From Podarcis pityusensis (lineage: Eukaryota): 64,000 nt of DNA. Under the pieces are notes generated by a model, which searched no databases, had not been told where the DNA came from, and saw nothing but the letters and a program-made list of their open reading frames with translations. This document shows, piece after piece, positions 36,745 to 50,013 of the stretch (its first letter is position 1; each line of letters begins with the position of its first letter). The stretch is from the NCBI GenBank assembly GCA_964106645.2, contig OZ067043.1. One strand, 5' to 3'. The position numbers and the translations under genes were made by a program.

Positions 36745-37220
36745 GCTTTTGCTCTCTGCGCTGGTAATGAGTGGTTTGCAGTGGGAACTAAATGAAGTTG
36801 ATTGCCCACTGGTGTCTGCCATTAGTGGTAATTAGTTAAAACATCAGAGTATAAACAGTAAATTGGATCTAATAATTAATACTAGCACTCAAGCATATGA
36901 GATAGACTGGGAGAGAAGCAGCAGCTTGTAAAATCAGTCGGGGATGTTTTAATTAAAAAAGAAAGAATGTAAGTAACACTGTATTGGAAAAAAGGACAAA
37001 AGGCATTGGGGCTGCCTGCGCTCATTAGCAGCCTAAGATTCTGTCTGCTCCAGGGCGCAGAGGAGGGACTACTAGCCCCCAGAAAACTCCAGGTGTGGAG
37101 CAAAGCAGGATCTTGGGTTTTCCATTGCATGCTGAAGGAGAAGGCGGAATAAATCCTCCGGCAAGTTAATTTCTGGACCAGCGTGACATTTATTGGGGTT
37201 TCCCCCATCTTGGGTTAGTA
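36745..37220. promoter_or_regulatory. Candidate conserved non-coding element (homeobox-rich)
   Basis: Dense TAATTA, TAATGA and CATTAG cores; GTATAAACA (FOX-like). Confidence 0.45.
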
Positions 37221-38555
37221 GAAAGGTTTTGCAAATGTAACTTTTTTTTTGAAGCTTGTAAAATTGCAATATTTTCACATGCCCACCAGGGTTTCCTGTT
37301 TTCAAAATCATAAAATTCGCAACAGGTCCCAAGTTTATACTTTTTTAAAAAACAAAATATTTTTGATAAGGGCAAAATATTATTCTTTATTTTGCTGAAG
37401 ACCAGAAGGTCTACATATGTAAAATGAGAGATGTAAAGGAATGAAAACAAAATTAAAAAAAAGCAAATTACCTAAATAGGGCTGCAGTTTTACACACAGT
37501 TAAGCATGATGGGCAGAACAAACTGTAACAAGGCAACATGTGGCATGAAGTACCATGTTCACCAGCCCATATTTACAGCCCTACTGGCCAGGATAGAAGA
37601 TAGGGTGGGTTTTTTGTTTTGATTTTGCTGCACTATCTGCCATCTGGAACAGCAGATTGTGCACCTCTTCAGGAAACAGACTGGCCATGGATCCTGTGGA
37701 TCTGTCTCTCGCCATACTTCCTCCCACTCCACCCCGTGATGCTCCGTTTGGTGTTCTTCTGCTGATCACCTCAGGCAGTAGCTTCCCAACTGCCTGTGAT
37801 TACCGCTGAGGCCTCCAAGTCAGCAGAGCTGAATGGTGAGAAAACACTGCCTAATCCAAACCCCTTCTAGTGATGCTGAGCAAGGGGTTAGGATTTCACT
37901 GTTGAAGGTTTTTTATTTCAGTATAAATGAAGCAACCTTTACTGTTGGTTCTGAATCATAATCAAGCATGCCAAAAAGGACAATGAAGTCAGAGTTCATA
38001 ATAAATCAGAATTTGTTTCATACTTGTTGCAGCTTCTTTCCACCTTTGAGCCTATAGGTTTGGAGAGCATGTGCAGTTGTCTGCAGTGCAGTCTATTCAG
38101 ACAGAAGTAAGTCCTACTGAATTCAGTGGGACTTTCTCCTTAGTAAGTGTGTACAGGATTCCAGACCTTTTTTTTTTTTTTTACTTGAGGGACAAAGCAT
38201 ACGAGGCTGACCACTCCTGAAATAACAATCAGTTATGCCCATTGGTGCCATGAAGATCAGTCGAATTTCCTAGTGTATATCTGCACAGTTCTATATTCAC
38301 AGATCTGAAGGAGCATTTCCTTGCTTCCCATCTCAACTATCTTTATCCAGAGCTTAGTCTGCTAGTGGCCTGCACTGTTGATGCAGAGTGGCATGGAATC
38401 AGGCAAAGATTTTCAGTCCACATAGCTGGCTTCCTACAGTGAATGCAAGAGTGACATGGAAGAAATAGTACCTGATTTTCCTGATGATGCATTGATGTTT
38501 GTGTGCTGCTGAATATGCTAGAAACTTCCTTCTAACATTCTTCCATTCGTGTAAG

Positions 38556-38698
38556 TCATAGAGCCATAGAATTGTGGAGTTGGAAGGAACTAAAGGGTCA
38601 TCTATTGATCCCATAATGCAGGAATCTTTTGCCTAACATGGGGCTTGAACCCATGACCTGACATTAAGAGTCTCATGCTCTTCCGACTGAGCTATCTC
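38556..38698 (-). mobile_element. tRNA-Lys(CTT)-derived SINE with CR1 tail
   Basis: Reverse complement gatagctcagtcggaagagcatgagactcttaatgtcaggtcatgggttcaagccccatgttaggc, followed by a CR1 3' end. Confidence 0.85.
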
Positions 38699-39057
38699 TG
38701 GCTCTACCATGTTCACCTATTGTAGGTCCAGTCTGTGTTCCAAAGCTACATTCCAGAAAGAAGAAGGAAAGATCTAACTTGGAGGCCCACATTTTTTAAC
38801 ACATTGATGGTGGCTGATATGATTATAACAAGGGACCTTATGCTTCATCCTCCTTTCCTCCCCCATTTCCTTCCTGTCTGAGAATTCATCCACTATCCCA
38901 GGTCCAGTGCCTTAGGCTGTCACCAGAGAGAGAGACATAATAAATAATAGTAGGAGGGAGGTGGTGCCACATTATGTCTTCATAATGTACCGAGTGTCTG
39001 TGCTAAAAGCATTAGTAAGAAGGTGAGATATCCCTCCACTGGGTAGTGAATAAAAGC

Positions 39058-39077
39058 TGTGTGTGTGTGTGCGCGCG

Positions 39078-39119
<42 letters not shown>
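39058..39119. repeat. Compound (GT)n(GC)n(AT)n microsatellite
   Basis: Read directly; uninterrupted purine-pyrimidine alternation. Confidence 0.95.
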
Positions 39120-39122
<3 letters not shown>

Positions 39123-39446
39123 TCATTACAGCCCTGCTCTTCCTCAAATTAGCTGGAACTGGCAGATTCCTAAGAAATGGCCTTTTCCCCCTCCTGCTCG
39201 ACACACAGAGGTTTTATGCATTTCCAGGAACTGTGGTATTAAACCTGGAGATGTTGAAATTGTTGTGGGACTAGACCTGAGTTGTATTGTGCTGAATTTT
39301 TCTGGATTTTGATTTTCACACAAATGTTCCAGGGTTGAGTGAGGAGGAACTAAAATGTTTATGACAAAACCTCTACTTCCCACTTTTTAAATGTGTCTGT
39401 TCATGCCCATTCACAGATACTGCTTTTTCAATCTGTTGCTGCTTTA

Positions 39447-39634
39447 AAGGTAAAGGACCCCTGACAGTTAAGTCCAGTCGCGAATGACTCTGGGGTTGCA
39501 GTGCTCATCTCGCTTTACTGGCTGAGGGAGCTGACCTTTGTCCGCAGACAGTTTTTCTGGGTCATGTGGCCAGCATGACTAAGCCGCTTCTTGCAAAACC
39601 TCAGTGGTTTAGATCACAACGCCACCCGCATCCC
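39447..39634 (-). mobile_element. Sauria SINE with an internal deletion
   Basis: Both ends present, 13-bp TSD tgttgctgcttta at 39434-39446 and 39637-39649. About 175 bp including the B-box is missing. Confidence 0.9.
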
Positions 39635-40099
39635 TTTGTTGCTGCTTTAGGTCAGTGCAAAAGGGGACACATCTCTGTTGTACCTGAGTTTACCACATAG
39701 TGCTGAGATGACTTTCATTGCCTGCTAGCACTGTGAAGATCCCTGGTTCCAAATGTAGTTGTGTTCAGTGCCAGATCTTCAAATTTTGCCATAGAAGGCA
39801 AAAGTCTGCTCTGGCACCCACCTCTCCCTGATTGTGAACGATGGGCTGTAAACCTGCAACCCCAAATTAAACAGAGGGAGGAAGCCACAGATCCTGAAAA
39901 ATTCCTACAGACAGCCTTTTACAATGTTTAATTCTTTGATGCACCTTAACGTCTTTTACAGTAATGATTTTCTCCAACCCGAAACCAAGCTAAGCAAGTT
40001 TGCACCTAATACTTAGGTGGAAGACTTCTAGGGAAGCCATACCCAAGCTTCCTTGAAGGAAGGCTGGATAAAGTTTAGCAAATAAATAATTAGTACTTT

Positions 40100-40239
40100 G
40101 TCACTTAGTTCAGTATTGCCTGAACAGACTGGCAGTAGATCTCCATGGTTCTCTCCCAACTCTACGTGGAGATATGGGAGATTGAACCCGGCACTGTCTA
40201 CTTGCAAAATAGATGCTCTCCCACTGAGCTATGGCCCCT
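40100..40239 (-). mobile_element. Squam2-like SINE
   Basis: gattgaacccggcactgtctacttgcaaaatagatgctctcccactgagctatggcccct. Confidence 0.75.
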
Positions 40240-40763
40240 TCCCCCTTGTATTGATTTTGAGGGGAAATCCCAACAACACAGATGAAGTATTTTCCTCAGA
40301 ATGGCAGCAGAGGAGGAAAGGGAAAACTTTCCTTCTCCACATTTGGATCACATTAAGAATCAGCGATTGATTAGCTAATAGGGGTGATTTTAGTAGGAAA
40401 ATGGCACAGGATTACCACCCACCCAGAGCACTGTAATCCTGAACTACTCTTTCTGCTGCTGCTATCTTCCACTAGTTCCGGCCCACTGCTCATTCCTTCA
40501 CTAACTTTTCCCCTCCTCACCTTTCCATGAGCATAGAACAAACCCTGAATTGTTTCAGGCAGTGGCAGGTATGAGAAAGGTAGGGGCAGGGCACTGTTTG
40601 CTGCCACCCCTAACCTGCCACCCAGGGCAGTTGCCTCCACCCCTCAATTTGGGCCTGGTTATGACTCTAGGACAGAAAGTGGGTGGGGGTGCACATCAAA
40701 TGTATAATCCCCATCTAGTTCCTGCCCCAACTAGGGGCAGGAGTGTTAGTCTGGTATAAAATA

Positions 40764-40903
40764 ATAGAATCATAGAACTGTAAACTGGAAGGGACTACAA
40801 GGGTCGTCTAGTCCCTGCAATGCAGGAATCTCTTGCCCAATGTGGGGCTCAAAACCATGACACTAAAATTAAGAGTCTCATGCTCTACTGACACAGCTAT
40901 CCC
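40764..40903 (-). mobile_element. tRNA-Lys-derived SINE with CR1 tail
   Basis: Same family as 38556-38698. Confidence 0.8.
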
Positions 40904-43900
40904 AGATATGCTACTTTCCCCCCTTTTCAGTAACCCTCCCGCTACAAACATTTTCACACCCTTTTACAAATGGGTGGAAAGAATTGCAAAATGCATCCCT
41001 TGCTTCAGTTTACCAGTTTCCCTAGGCAGTGGCTCTCACTTAAGTGTATGCTTCGAGGGCGCTTAATATTACACAGTGTGCATCCTAAAGCATTTCAAAG
41101 AGATGTCTCTGAGCCTGGCACCGTTGCCCCTGCTCTTTGAGGTTTGAGGCACTGGGAAGGGAACACACCCAACTCAGGAGGGCCAGACCAGGAGGGCTGC
41201 ACATGCATGGTTGTTAATCATCTTCTGAATGCACTAACGATGCTAATGCTGTAAGTGACAGTGGCCCATCTTTAGGGCCATGATTTAGGGGCTCTGAGCG
41301 GAAGCCCAGCTCTAGGGAGTAAATGCATGAATTCTCCACTGATACTAAACCTCCTAATAAATCTTGCACACACCAAAAAGCCCTAAGCACTAAATCCCAG
41401 AATCCGGTAATTGAAACCCTCCAAGCTCATGGGGATGAAAAGGTAAATTGCCCACGTGTGTTTTTATTATAGTTTACCTGATTATCTCCCAGGGAGACAA
41501 AGGAAAGCAGGGTCTTCAAATTAACACACCACATTTCACACTGTGGAAACAGTATCTGTAACATGAGCATATGGCTGAAGGACTGAGTTCTATGCAGCAG
41601 GGCCTTGGGATAACTGCAATTTCACCTGATAAATATCCAAACCCGATGTTACACTGTTGCCTCTGTATTGCATCTCTTTGCTGTTCTCCATTGCCCTCTG
41701 CTGCCTGCTCTGTGGGAGAGCCAGATGCATTAGGAATGGCTTATAATATTGTTCACAACTGTGGTTGTGCATTTCATTCATATAAAGAAACAAGCTAGTG
41801 CTGTGCTACAGTGCTAACTATCAACACAATGCTGCGGATATTAAACATTATAAATTTCAGCTTGCTATAGAAATGGTTGAGTTTATCTTCTTAATCACAG
41901 AAAGCTAGATGTGAGACCCAACATAGTGCTATTGGGTCTCTGCTGGCACAATGCGACTTTGCCTTCCTCTCTACCCCCTAAAGCCCCTTGATCCAGAAGG
42001 TTGGGGGGACCCTCTGGAACAATTTTTGGAGTGCCCAGGAGGCTGGATGCCATGCTAGATCGTATTATCCCACTTTATACATTGTAAAATAGGATTTAGG
42101 AGAATCACTTGTCCAGAGCCATTTAACTAAGTTTGTGTCTGAACGGGAATTTTATTTCAGTTCTTTTATTTCTGTAAACCTCACTGTTGAGATGGGCTGG
42201 TAGCAAGTGATGATAAAATCTATTACTGTGTCTGTGTGTTTGGGATTTATTAGTGGCATTTTCTTGAAGGATGCCCTCATTTAGATAAAGAATAAAAAAG
42301 GTACAATACAACCCCCACATCTCCTAAAAAAGAAAAGTGCAAGCCAAAGATACATTGGTCCATTTCTTCTTACATTGGTCACCAACATAGCACTAGATCA
42401 CAAACCTACTAGGAAGTCTTTCATGAGATAACTCAGAGATGGGGCACTCAGAGTCAATGGCAAGATGGGATGCTCTGCTGGGACATGTTGCCCAAGACAT
42501 GGACCACGCCAATGCAATGCCTTGTTATTGTGGTGCTCTCAGGTTTTTCCTCAGGTCTTTTCAATGTTTCAAATTCTATCTATCAGAGTGCTACAGTTCA
42601 GGGTAATCCTTATAGCTCTACACTGTTCAATGAGATCATGGTTCTTGGATCTCAGTTGTCTCAGGTTCAAAATCAGTAGCATATATCTTTGTATTGGGAC
42701 ATTCTAGTATCCAGAGTGAAAGGGGCATGGTCCATGAGAACGTCATCTTCACTTTCTGTAATAGACTCTGTGACCTGATATTTTTTGAGGATGAGACCAA
42801 AAAAAAAAAAAAGCTTCCATTCATTTTAAGACACTAGCAGGTAATGTCCTATGGCTCCTACAGACCACAAGGTGCTATGAAGTTGGCATTTTGTCATGAG
42901 CTCCCAGCATGCAGTCTAGTGTATTCTTCTGCCATTTAACTAACCCAGATTCAACTTACCCAGAACTCTAATGGGAGCCAGTGTGAGGGCTCCAGCTAAC
43001 AACAGTAGGGCTGCACCCCCCCACCTCCCCAAAATCTTCTCCAGAGGATCAGGAGAACCCACCCCCTGCAGAACAGCATGTGGGGAGAGAGGGGGGGAGA
43101 TCATTCCATCCGGCAAGAAGAAATGCTTGTGCTGACAGAATGATCAGAAGAGTGTGATGTTGACTTCCTGTGTTGAGGTGCAACCCTGGGAAGTGTCAAA
43201 ACAGACTTAAATGCATCACACAATATGTTGTGAGCTAATGGCAAAATGCTAATTTTGCAGCACTCTGTGGGGCTATAGTATCCCATTTCCTCTAGCACCC
43301 CTCTCATTGGATCTGTTGCCTCATGTTTGTCTTCTTCAAGCCCATTAAGTTCATTTCCTTGAAGGTTCTCACCCTTCTCACATGGAAACATTCATGCATA
43401 CAGCTGTACTTGCAATAGCTTCCTTCCTAGAAATACAGAGCCATGGCAGGGGGGAGTGGAGGAACTCTGTATGCATCATATAGGCAGATGGGGCTAGTTG
43501 GTGCAGCCCCTGTGCACCCCCCCCCATACTTGCTCACCATGTAAGAATGATTCAGGGTTTGCTTGCCAATTCCCTTCCCCTCCTTTTCTTCTATTCAGTT
43601 CCATATTCTAGATTTTTGTTGGCTTCTATTTTATAAAATCAATAAGCTGTAGCTATATCTAAACTGGAAGGCAACTTCTATATGGAAAGAGATTTTCATG
43701 TAGGTTGACTTAACCTGCCAAGTAGTCTGAGGGGCTACTAACCCTTTCCTTTCTTACTGGCTGTCCTGCCAACTGTACAGAATGAACTTTCATGGTAAGA
43801 ACAAATTCCTTTGTGTTCCGCCTTTTATATTAAACCTTGTTTTTCAGGAAATCTCTACTGTCATTACAGATAAATCAGAATGCTCATGGCTATCAGTGTT

Positions 43901-44265
43901 CGACCAGGTTGTGAGCTGCAGCTCAAAAGATGCGTATAACCCTGGGAGTGTTGGCAATGAAATGTCACATTAAATGATCTGCTGATAAAGACAAAAATAT
44001 ACAAGCAAAGAAAAATGCAAAGACAAATTTGCTTACAACGCTTTTGAATGAACTGCTTCCTTTTTCAAAAGATCTTGAAAATTATTATGGTTAGTTACAA
44101 AGAACAAACAAAGGAAGCTTAAGAGAGAAATATTTACCCACACGCAATTGATCTTCGAAGGGCCGTGCCACAAGTGTGGCAAATGCCAACAGCATAACTG
44201 AGTTCTAAATAAGATTGATGTAAGATGAGGATACATTTTCTAACAATTAAGATATCTGGGCCATA

Positions 44266-44634
44266 AAAGGTAAAGGTAAAGGTACCCCTGCCCATACGGG
44301 TCAGTCTTGACAGACTCTAGGGTTGTGCGCTCATCTCACTCTAGAGGCCGGGAGCGAGCGCTGTCCGCAGACACTTCCGGGTGATGTGGCCAGCGTGACG
44401 CAGCTGCTCCGGCGAACCGGCACCAGAGCAGCACACGGAAACGCCGTTTACCTTCCCGCTAGTAAGCGGTCCCTATTTATCTACTTGCACCCGGGGGTGC
44501 TTTCGAACTGCTAGGTTGGCAGGCGCTGGGACCAAGCAACAGGAGCGCACCCCGCCGCGGGGATTCGAACCGCCTACCATGCGATAGGCAAGTCCTAGGC
44601 GCTGAGGTTTTACCCACAGCGCCACCCGCGTCCC
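44266..44634 (-). mobile_element. Sauria SINE, full length, young (CpGs intact)
   Basis: 13-bp TSD tatctgggccata at 44253-44265 and 44635-44647, (accttt)n tail, intact A and B boxes. Confidence 0.95.
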
Positions 44635-44989
44635 TATCTGGGCCATACTTCCTTTTAAAATGGGTGTCCTTAAATATTTGACTAAAAAAGACTGGAAATA
44701 ATCAGCCTTTATAAAATCTTTATCCAATTCCTGTCCGGAGTGGGTTACTGGAGTTGCTGTTCTTATGCAGTAAGGGTGGTTTAATCCTTGTTGGTCTGTT
44801 TGCTTTGTGGATGCTTGTTTTGAAAGAGATGCTAAACATTAGAGTTCTCCACCATGCCCTCATTTTCTACTTTGGGCCCTTGAATCCCTAAGCAGCTTCA
44901 TAAAACGCACTCTGAAACTTGAATAGAGCTGGGGGCACATTCCTGGAAAAGTGCTGGAATCTTGCTGAATTTGAGGGGATGTGCATATT

Positions 44990-45605
44990 AAAACACTCCA
45001 GCTCGAGCCTTATGGAGAGGCATCCGCCCATCATTTCTCAGGTCACCGCTTGGCTAATGGTCTATTAATTTGTTCAGTCATCCCATGTGAGTCAAACTCA
45101 ATTTCTGGTCTGTGATTCTTCCCTGTCAGCAATGTGATTGATTGGACGTATGACTGTCAGCGGCTGCTCCAGATCCGACCCCCACCCTGCATCGTCCACC
45201 ACTGCTCACCAAGATGTCTTCCCACCGCTTTGGCAGGCACATAGACACACATACACCCACACACACAAATCTCTCCTAAAGAGCAGTCCGTCTACTGCTG
45301 TATACCCAAGGATTTGTCTCTAGCAATGAAAAATGACAGAAATATTTAAGGACAAATAAGGTTTACAAACCCAATTGAAAATTATTACAGGGAGGCCCGG
45401 GCTGCAGATGGGCCCAAGCTGATGTGCAGAGGCAATCAAATCGAATTTCCTTATCGCGTTGTTATTTTAGGGCGTTATCTGGTGCCGTAATGCAGTTATA
45501 AATTCAATTTTGCTGCCGAGCATTTATTGTTTACCATTGCCTGTTTGCTGGAAAAAATGTAAACACTTCACGGCTGTAAAATTAATTTCTGGCCTGAGAA
45601 CTAAG
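44990..45605. promoter_or_regulatory. Candidate conserved non-coding element (FOX/E-box/homeobox cluster)
   Basis: TGTTTAC 45528, TGTTTGC 45542, GTAAACA 45559, CAGATG 45405, TGATTGATTGG near 45135, many CpGs. Confidence 0.6.
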
Positions 45606-45929
45606 GTAGGGGGTCGGGGATGGAAAGATGGAAAGAAAATAAGAAATCAAAACGGAATGCAAGGATAGAGCATGGGTTGTGTGCTGGCATTCCTGTATTT
45701 CTCTCCCCCCCCCCAACACCTAAACCTAAGTGTTTTTCAGTTCCTTCCTTTTGCCCACTTGCACCTGCTTCGTTTTGCAGAATGAGAAGTGAAATTAGGA
45801 GCCAACCATTTTAATTATCAGCTCTGTATATGAATGCTGTGGATATATGTGCATATTATGTACATACTATGATTCTCATAGTCATCAAGTCTCTCCTGCA
45901 GCAAACTCTGGTCTAGAGCTGGGCAGGGT

Positions 45930-46140
45930 GGGCTTAAATCTGAGAGGTTTGGGTACAGAACCAGATCTAACACTGCCATACACTCACTGAGTGGCCTTGG
46001 CCAGTGCACTGTCTCTCTACTTCAGTTTCCCATCTGTGGAATGATCTCCCAGCAAATGATCATGAGCTGGGATAGAAGATGTAACAAATCCTGTAACACA
46101 CTTTGCAAACATGATATGCCATGTAAAGCAGTCATAGAAT
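45930..46140 (+). mobile_element. Old MIR-like SINE
   Basis: CORE-like tggccttggccagtgcactgtctctctacttcagtttcccatctgtggaatg. Confidence 0.55.
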
Positions 46141-48299
46141 AGGAGCAGACTGATTCCTCCTGGCCAGTTCTCCAGTGCCCTCTTTCAGGAGAGGCTGATA
46201 CTGGAATAGCAGGGAACACCCCTTAGAATCACCACCCATAGTCTCTTTACAGCGACCCCTGTTGAAAAATGTGGGACATGTCACATGATTCTCCAATCCT
46301 GAATCAAGTGCACCTACTCCTTAGTATGAAGCTGGACCATAACCTCCTTTCCCCTTCTCAGTTCCAGTGTCCTGTTCTTTCCCCTACCCCCATTCAGGCT
46401 GAGCAAAGCCAGGAAATGCAGGTTGCTGCCAAAGAAAAGTTGAAGGTCTCCCATTAATTCAAGACTAAAAATGACAAATTCATCTTCTACGACAATTAAA
46501 TGAAGTCAGTAATTGATGCTAATTGATATTCAGCTGGGAGGGCTCTTACTGCTTCACTGCACTCTGTCGTTTCGCATGCCTGCTCCCCCTTCTCCTCCGC
46601 AGTGGCGTTCCACCACCACCCGAGGCATCTGTGCTGCTTGCTAGGAACCCGTCCCAGTGGCTACTCTTTGCTCTTCCACATGTTCGGCATTCTCACCCAG
46701 GAAAGTCATGTAGGCTTCATAGGACTGCGGTTTCGGCTTTCTCCGTGGATACCTCCCCCCACCAAGGCAGGTAAACTCCAGGCCTAATAGAGTTGGCAAC
46801 AAAGGGTTTATAGCCCACAGCTGTGTAAGTTCCCACTTAATTTTTATAAGCCCAGCATAAGAGCCAGCAGGGGGTAAAGCACACTTGGATTTTCTCTCCT
46901 TAAAATATTATGGTGTTAGCACTTTTCTGCAAGACCCGAAAGGAATGACAAGGGGGGGGGGGCAGAGAGACCTGGATGTGTATGTGTTTGGATTTTTTTT
47001 TTTTTTTTTTTACGAGATTCCTTTAATCTGAAGCCAATATGTCAAAATCAAATTAAGCCTTGGAAAGGGAATGGGCTCCGTGTGCCAAGTGAGCAAGCTG
47101 GATAGTAAATGTGCAATTGTTTCTGGGACTGTTATTAAGGCGACATGACTGTTGCCCATTAAGGAAACATGACATCACTTCCTCAGGAAATAGCACAGAG
47201 TTGGAGAGAGCAGCATTCACAGCCGGTTGTGCCAATCAAGTTTGTGATGAGCAGGAAACAAAAATAAGAGCATAGGTCTCACAATAAGGGGCATGGGTCA
47301 AAAGTCAGATGGACCCTAGTGGTTCATTCAGCTTGGCTGACATTCCTTTGCAGCCACAACAAGAAACTGCATTTCAGCTTCTAAAATATGTACCCTCTTT
47401 TATCTCTCCTGATTATTGTGTAGTGGATTGGTCAACAATTTACATTATGAGATACTATAATAGGTTTGTACATTATAAAGTTATTATAGAAATCGGTAGC
47501 ACTTTCCTGTGAGTTTTCAAAGCTTCTGTAGCACTATCTTGCAGAAGGGTGATCTGTCCCCATCCATTTAGTTGTAGGTTAATTCAAATGCGTAGGATGG
47601 TAATTTAGAAGGCAAAATCCCACCCTGAAAGTTTCCATGAGAAGTGACTTTGTCAGTGGTCTCTTCCAAGATCTTTATTGCAAGGAAGAATTTCAAGTAA
47701 TAATGGAGCTTCAATGATGCAATTTCTGAGTCTTCTTTTAATGTCACAAATAAAAACACCACACAGCTTTCCTTTCAGGTCATTTGGGGTGTCCGCTACT
47801 TTTGGGGGGAGCCTTTGGAATATGGACAGAAATGGCCCATGTGTTACTTACTTGCTAGCTTGCTATGCCTTTGTGTGGCTTGGTGCAAATCAAACCCACC
47901 CCACTGCCTGTGGGATTCAAAACAGTTTGCATGATGCCATATGCTCTTAAATTTACCATGTGGTACCACTGAGGCCTTTTAATATTTTCATTATAGACCA
48001 GGCAAGTATCCCTGGCAAATTTCACAGACCAGAAGAAATTGAGATCTGGTCCCTCTCTCCAAGAGATTCTTAGTTTGAATGTATGTTGTTTATATAACAA
48101 CTACAAGAGCATGGTGCTACAGGAACTGCAATCTCCTTTTTGCACCAGAAACCCAGGCCATTTGAACACCTTCTGTTGGCTGGCACTCCACCATGCAACG
48201 TGAACACACAAAAGTTGCAAGAGAGCTGCATGTAAGAGAGAACATGATGGCCAAGGCAATGTGGATGAAGCAGGCAATTCCCAGACGCCCCATGCTCTC

Positions 48300-48780
48300 T
48301 GGTTTCCAGGAACAAAGAGGGAAATAAATAAAGTGATCCAGACAATTTTGTATTAAACATACGCGACATGAAGGCTTCTCTCCCTTCCCTTCTCTCCTTA
48401 CTAAGTTCTATTAAACCTGACAAATTATGACATACAGACATGTAATGCAAACTGATCCATTATACATTTAAATATGCTGCACAGAAGCAGGGGGGAAGCA
48501 GTGTCTGTGTGGGTGGGAGGGGGAATAGGAAGACAAGTGTATTACATGGATAATGTATTTGACGTATTAATAAAACAAGCAGCATTGCTCCGGCCAGGCA
48601 ATGGTCGAATGCCGATAGGCGATGATGGATCACAGATTGATGGAATCCAGATGTTTAGAATCATAGTCTTGGGGCCTTTCTCATATTGACTAAAAGTAAA
48701 AAATGCAGCGCTGTCAGCACATTAAGTCTCCCTGCCGCTCTTGGAGGCTGCTGAAGTGATTATTTATTTCTGAAAGCCAG
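48300..48780. promoter_or_regulatory. Candidate conserved non-coding element
   Basis: Repeat-free; TGACA, TAAT, TGATGGAT, TGATTGAT-like and CTGTCA motifs; CpG cluster. Confidence 0.5.
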
Positions 48781-49089
48781 CACTACCCAACCCCCAGTCT
48801 GCTTCCTCTTAGCTGGGCCACCTGGCTGCAAGGTGTGGGGAAAACCTGGACCTTGTCCCTTACCTCCCAGTGAGGTCAAACTCCAGGATGTTCTCTGCCA
48901 AATCAAAAGCATGAACCAGCCTATGGAAATGAAACATTTTAGGTTTCCTGTGCTTTCTTCACAATGACCTGTTTGCTTAATGCTCCTTTCAAACTTTTTT
49001 CTCAGAATATTTTCATATAACCAAAATTAGCCCTGATTTGATTCGAAAGGGTGAGTTTTCACCTGAGACAAATGTACCTGCCTTGGGGA

Positions 49090-49451
49090 CAGTGGCAGAG
49101 GAAGGGGCGGGGGGGTCGCCCCGGGTGCTGTCTCTGAGGGAGGTGACAAGAAGGCACCGTGCGGGGGGCTCGCCCCACTGCCATCACACCCTTGCAGCTG
49201 TGTGCAGAGGATCCTTCCGTCACAACTGCAGCTGTGAGCAGAGGATCCCACCGCTGTCCATATGGCACTCAAACGACGCTGTCAGCAAACTGCCCGGTGG
49301 CACATGTGGAGCCCCGCTACATACACCACATGCTTGTGCGCCATACATAGCAGTGCCATGCATGTGTACATAAGGTGCATGCACCACCAGGCAGTTTGCC
49401 CCAACACCCGCATCAAGTGCTGGTTAGCTGGTTAGCCTTCCTTCGCCCCTG
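49090..49451. mobile_element. hAT-type non-autonomous transposon
   Basis: Perfect 8-bp TSD cttgggga (49082-49089, 49452-49459), TIR cagtggcagaggaagg / ccttccttcgcccctg. Confidence 0.88.
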
Positions 49452-50013
49452 CTTGGGGAATGAACCTATTGTCATCCCTTTTAGGACAGATTGTGATTTT
49501 AATTTATGTAAACTGCACTAAGTGTGGCATAAGCCTTAGAAAGTTGTGCCGGAAAGTGTATAAACAAAGCAAACTTTCAAAGTGAATGGCACACAGGAGC
49601 AAAGGGACTTCCTCTTTCAAGGAGAAGGTGGCTATGCAGAGTGTTGAGTAGCTGCTCTTCTGACAATCATGAAGCCACTCTTGAGTTTTTAAGATTAAAA
49701 ACAACACCAACCAAAGGATATTAGATTGGCTTTTTGCCCCCCACCCCCGGTAATATGACAGATAAACACTGAAATGGGTAAACATGCCAGACACTTGCGA
49801 AAGGAGCTCCAAGTGTCTGCTCGGAGCATAGCAAGAAGGCCAGAAATTCATAGTGCAGTTGGAACAGGTACATATGTTAACAGAGATGTGACGTGGTGTG
49901 AAAAAAACTGGCACCCATGCCTTGAAATAGATGCTATCTAGTCACAGGCTGTTTTGTGTGCACTCACTGACTCCATGACACACACATGCCACAATGGTGA
50001 GCAGGCTTTAAAG

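Noticed and set aside
38625-38698. tRNA-Lys(CTT)-like sequences (also near 40835-40903 and 61180-61250)
   Set aside because: Stems are mutated and each is fused to a CR1 3' tail, so these are SINE heads rather than tRNA genes.
46530-46770. Possible plus-strand exon (ttcag ... gcag|gtaaac)
   Set aside because: Weak acceptor, no recognisable peptide and no partner exons; more consistent with a regulatory block.
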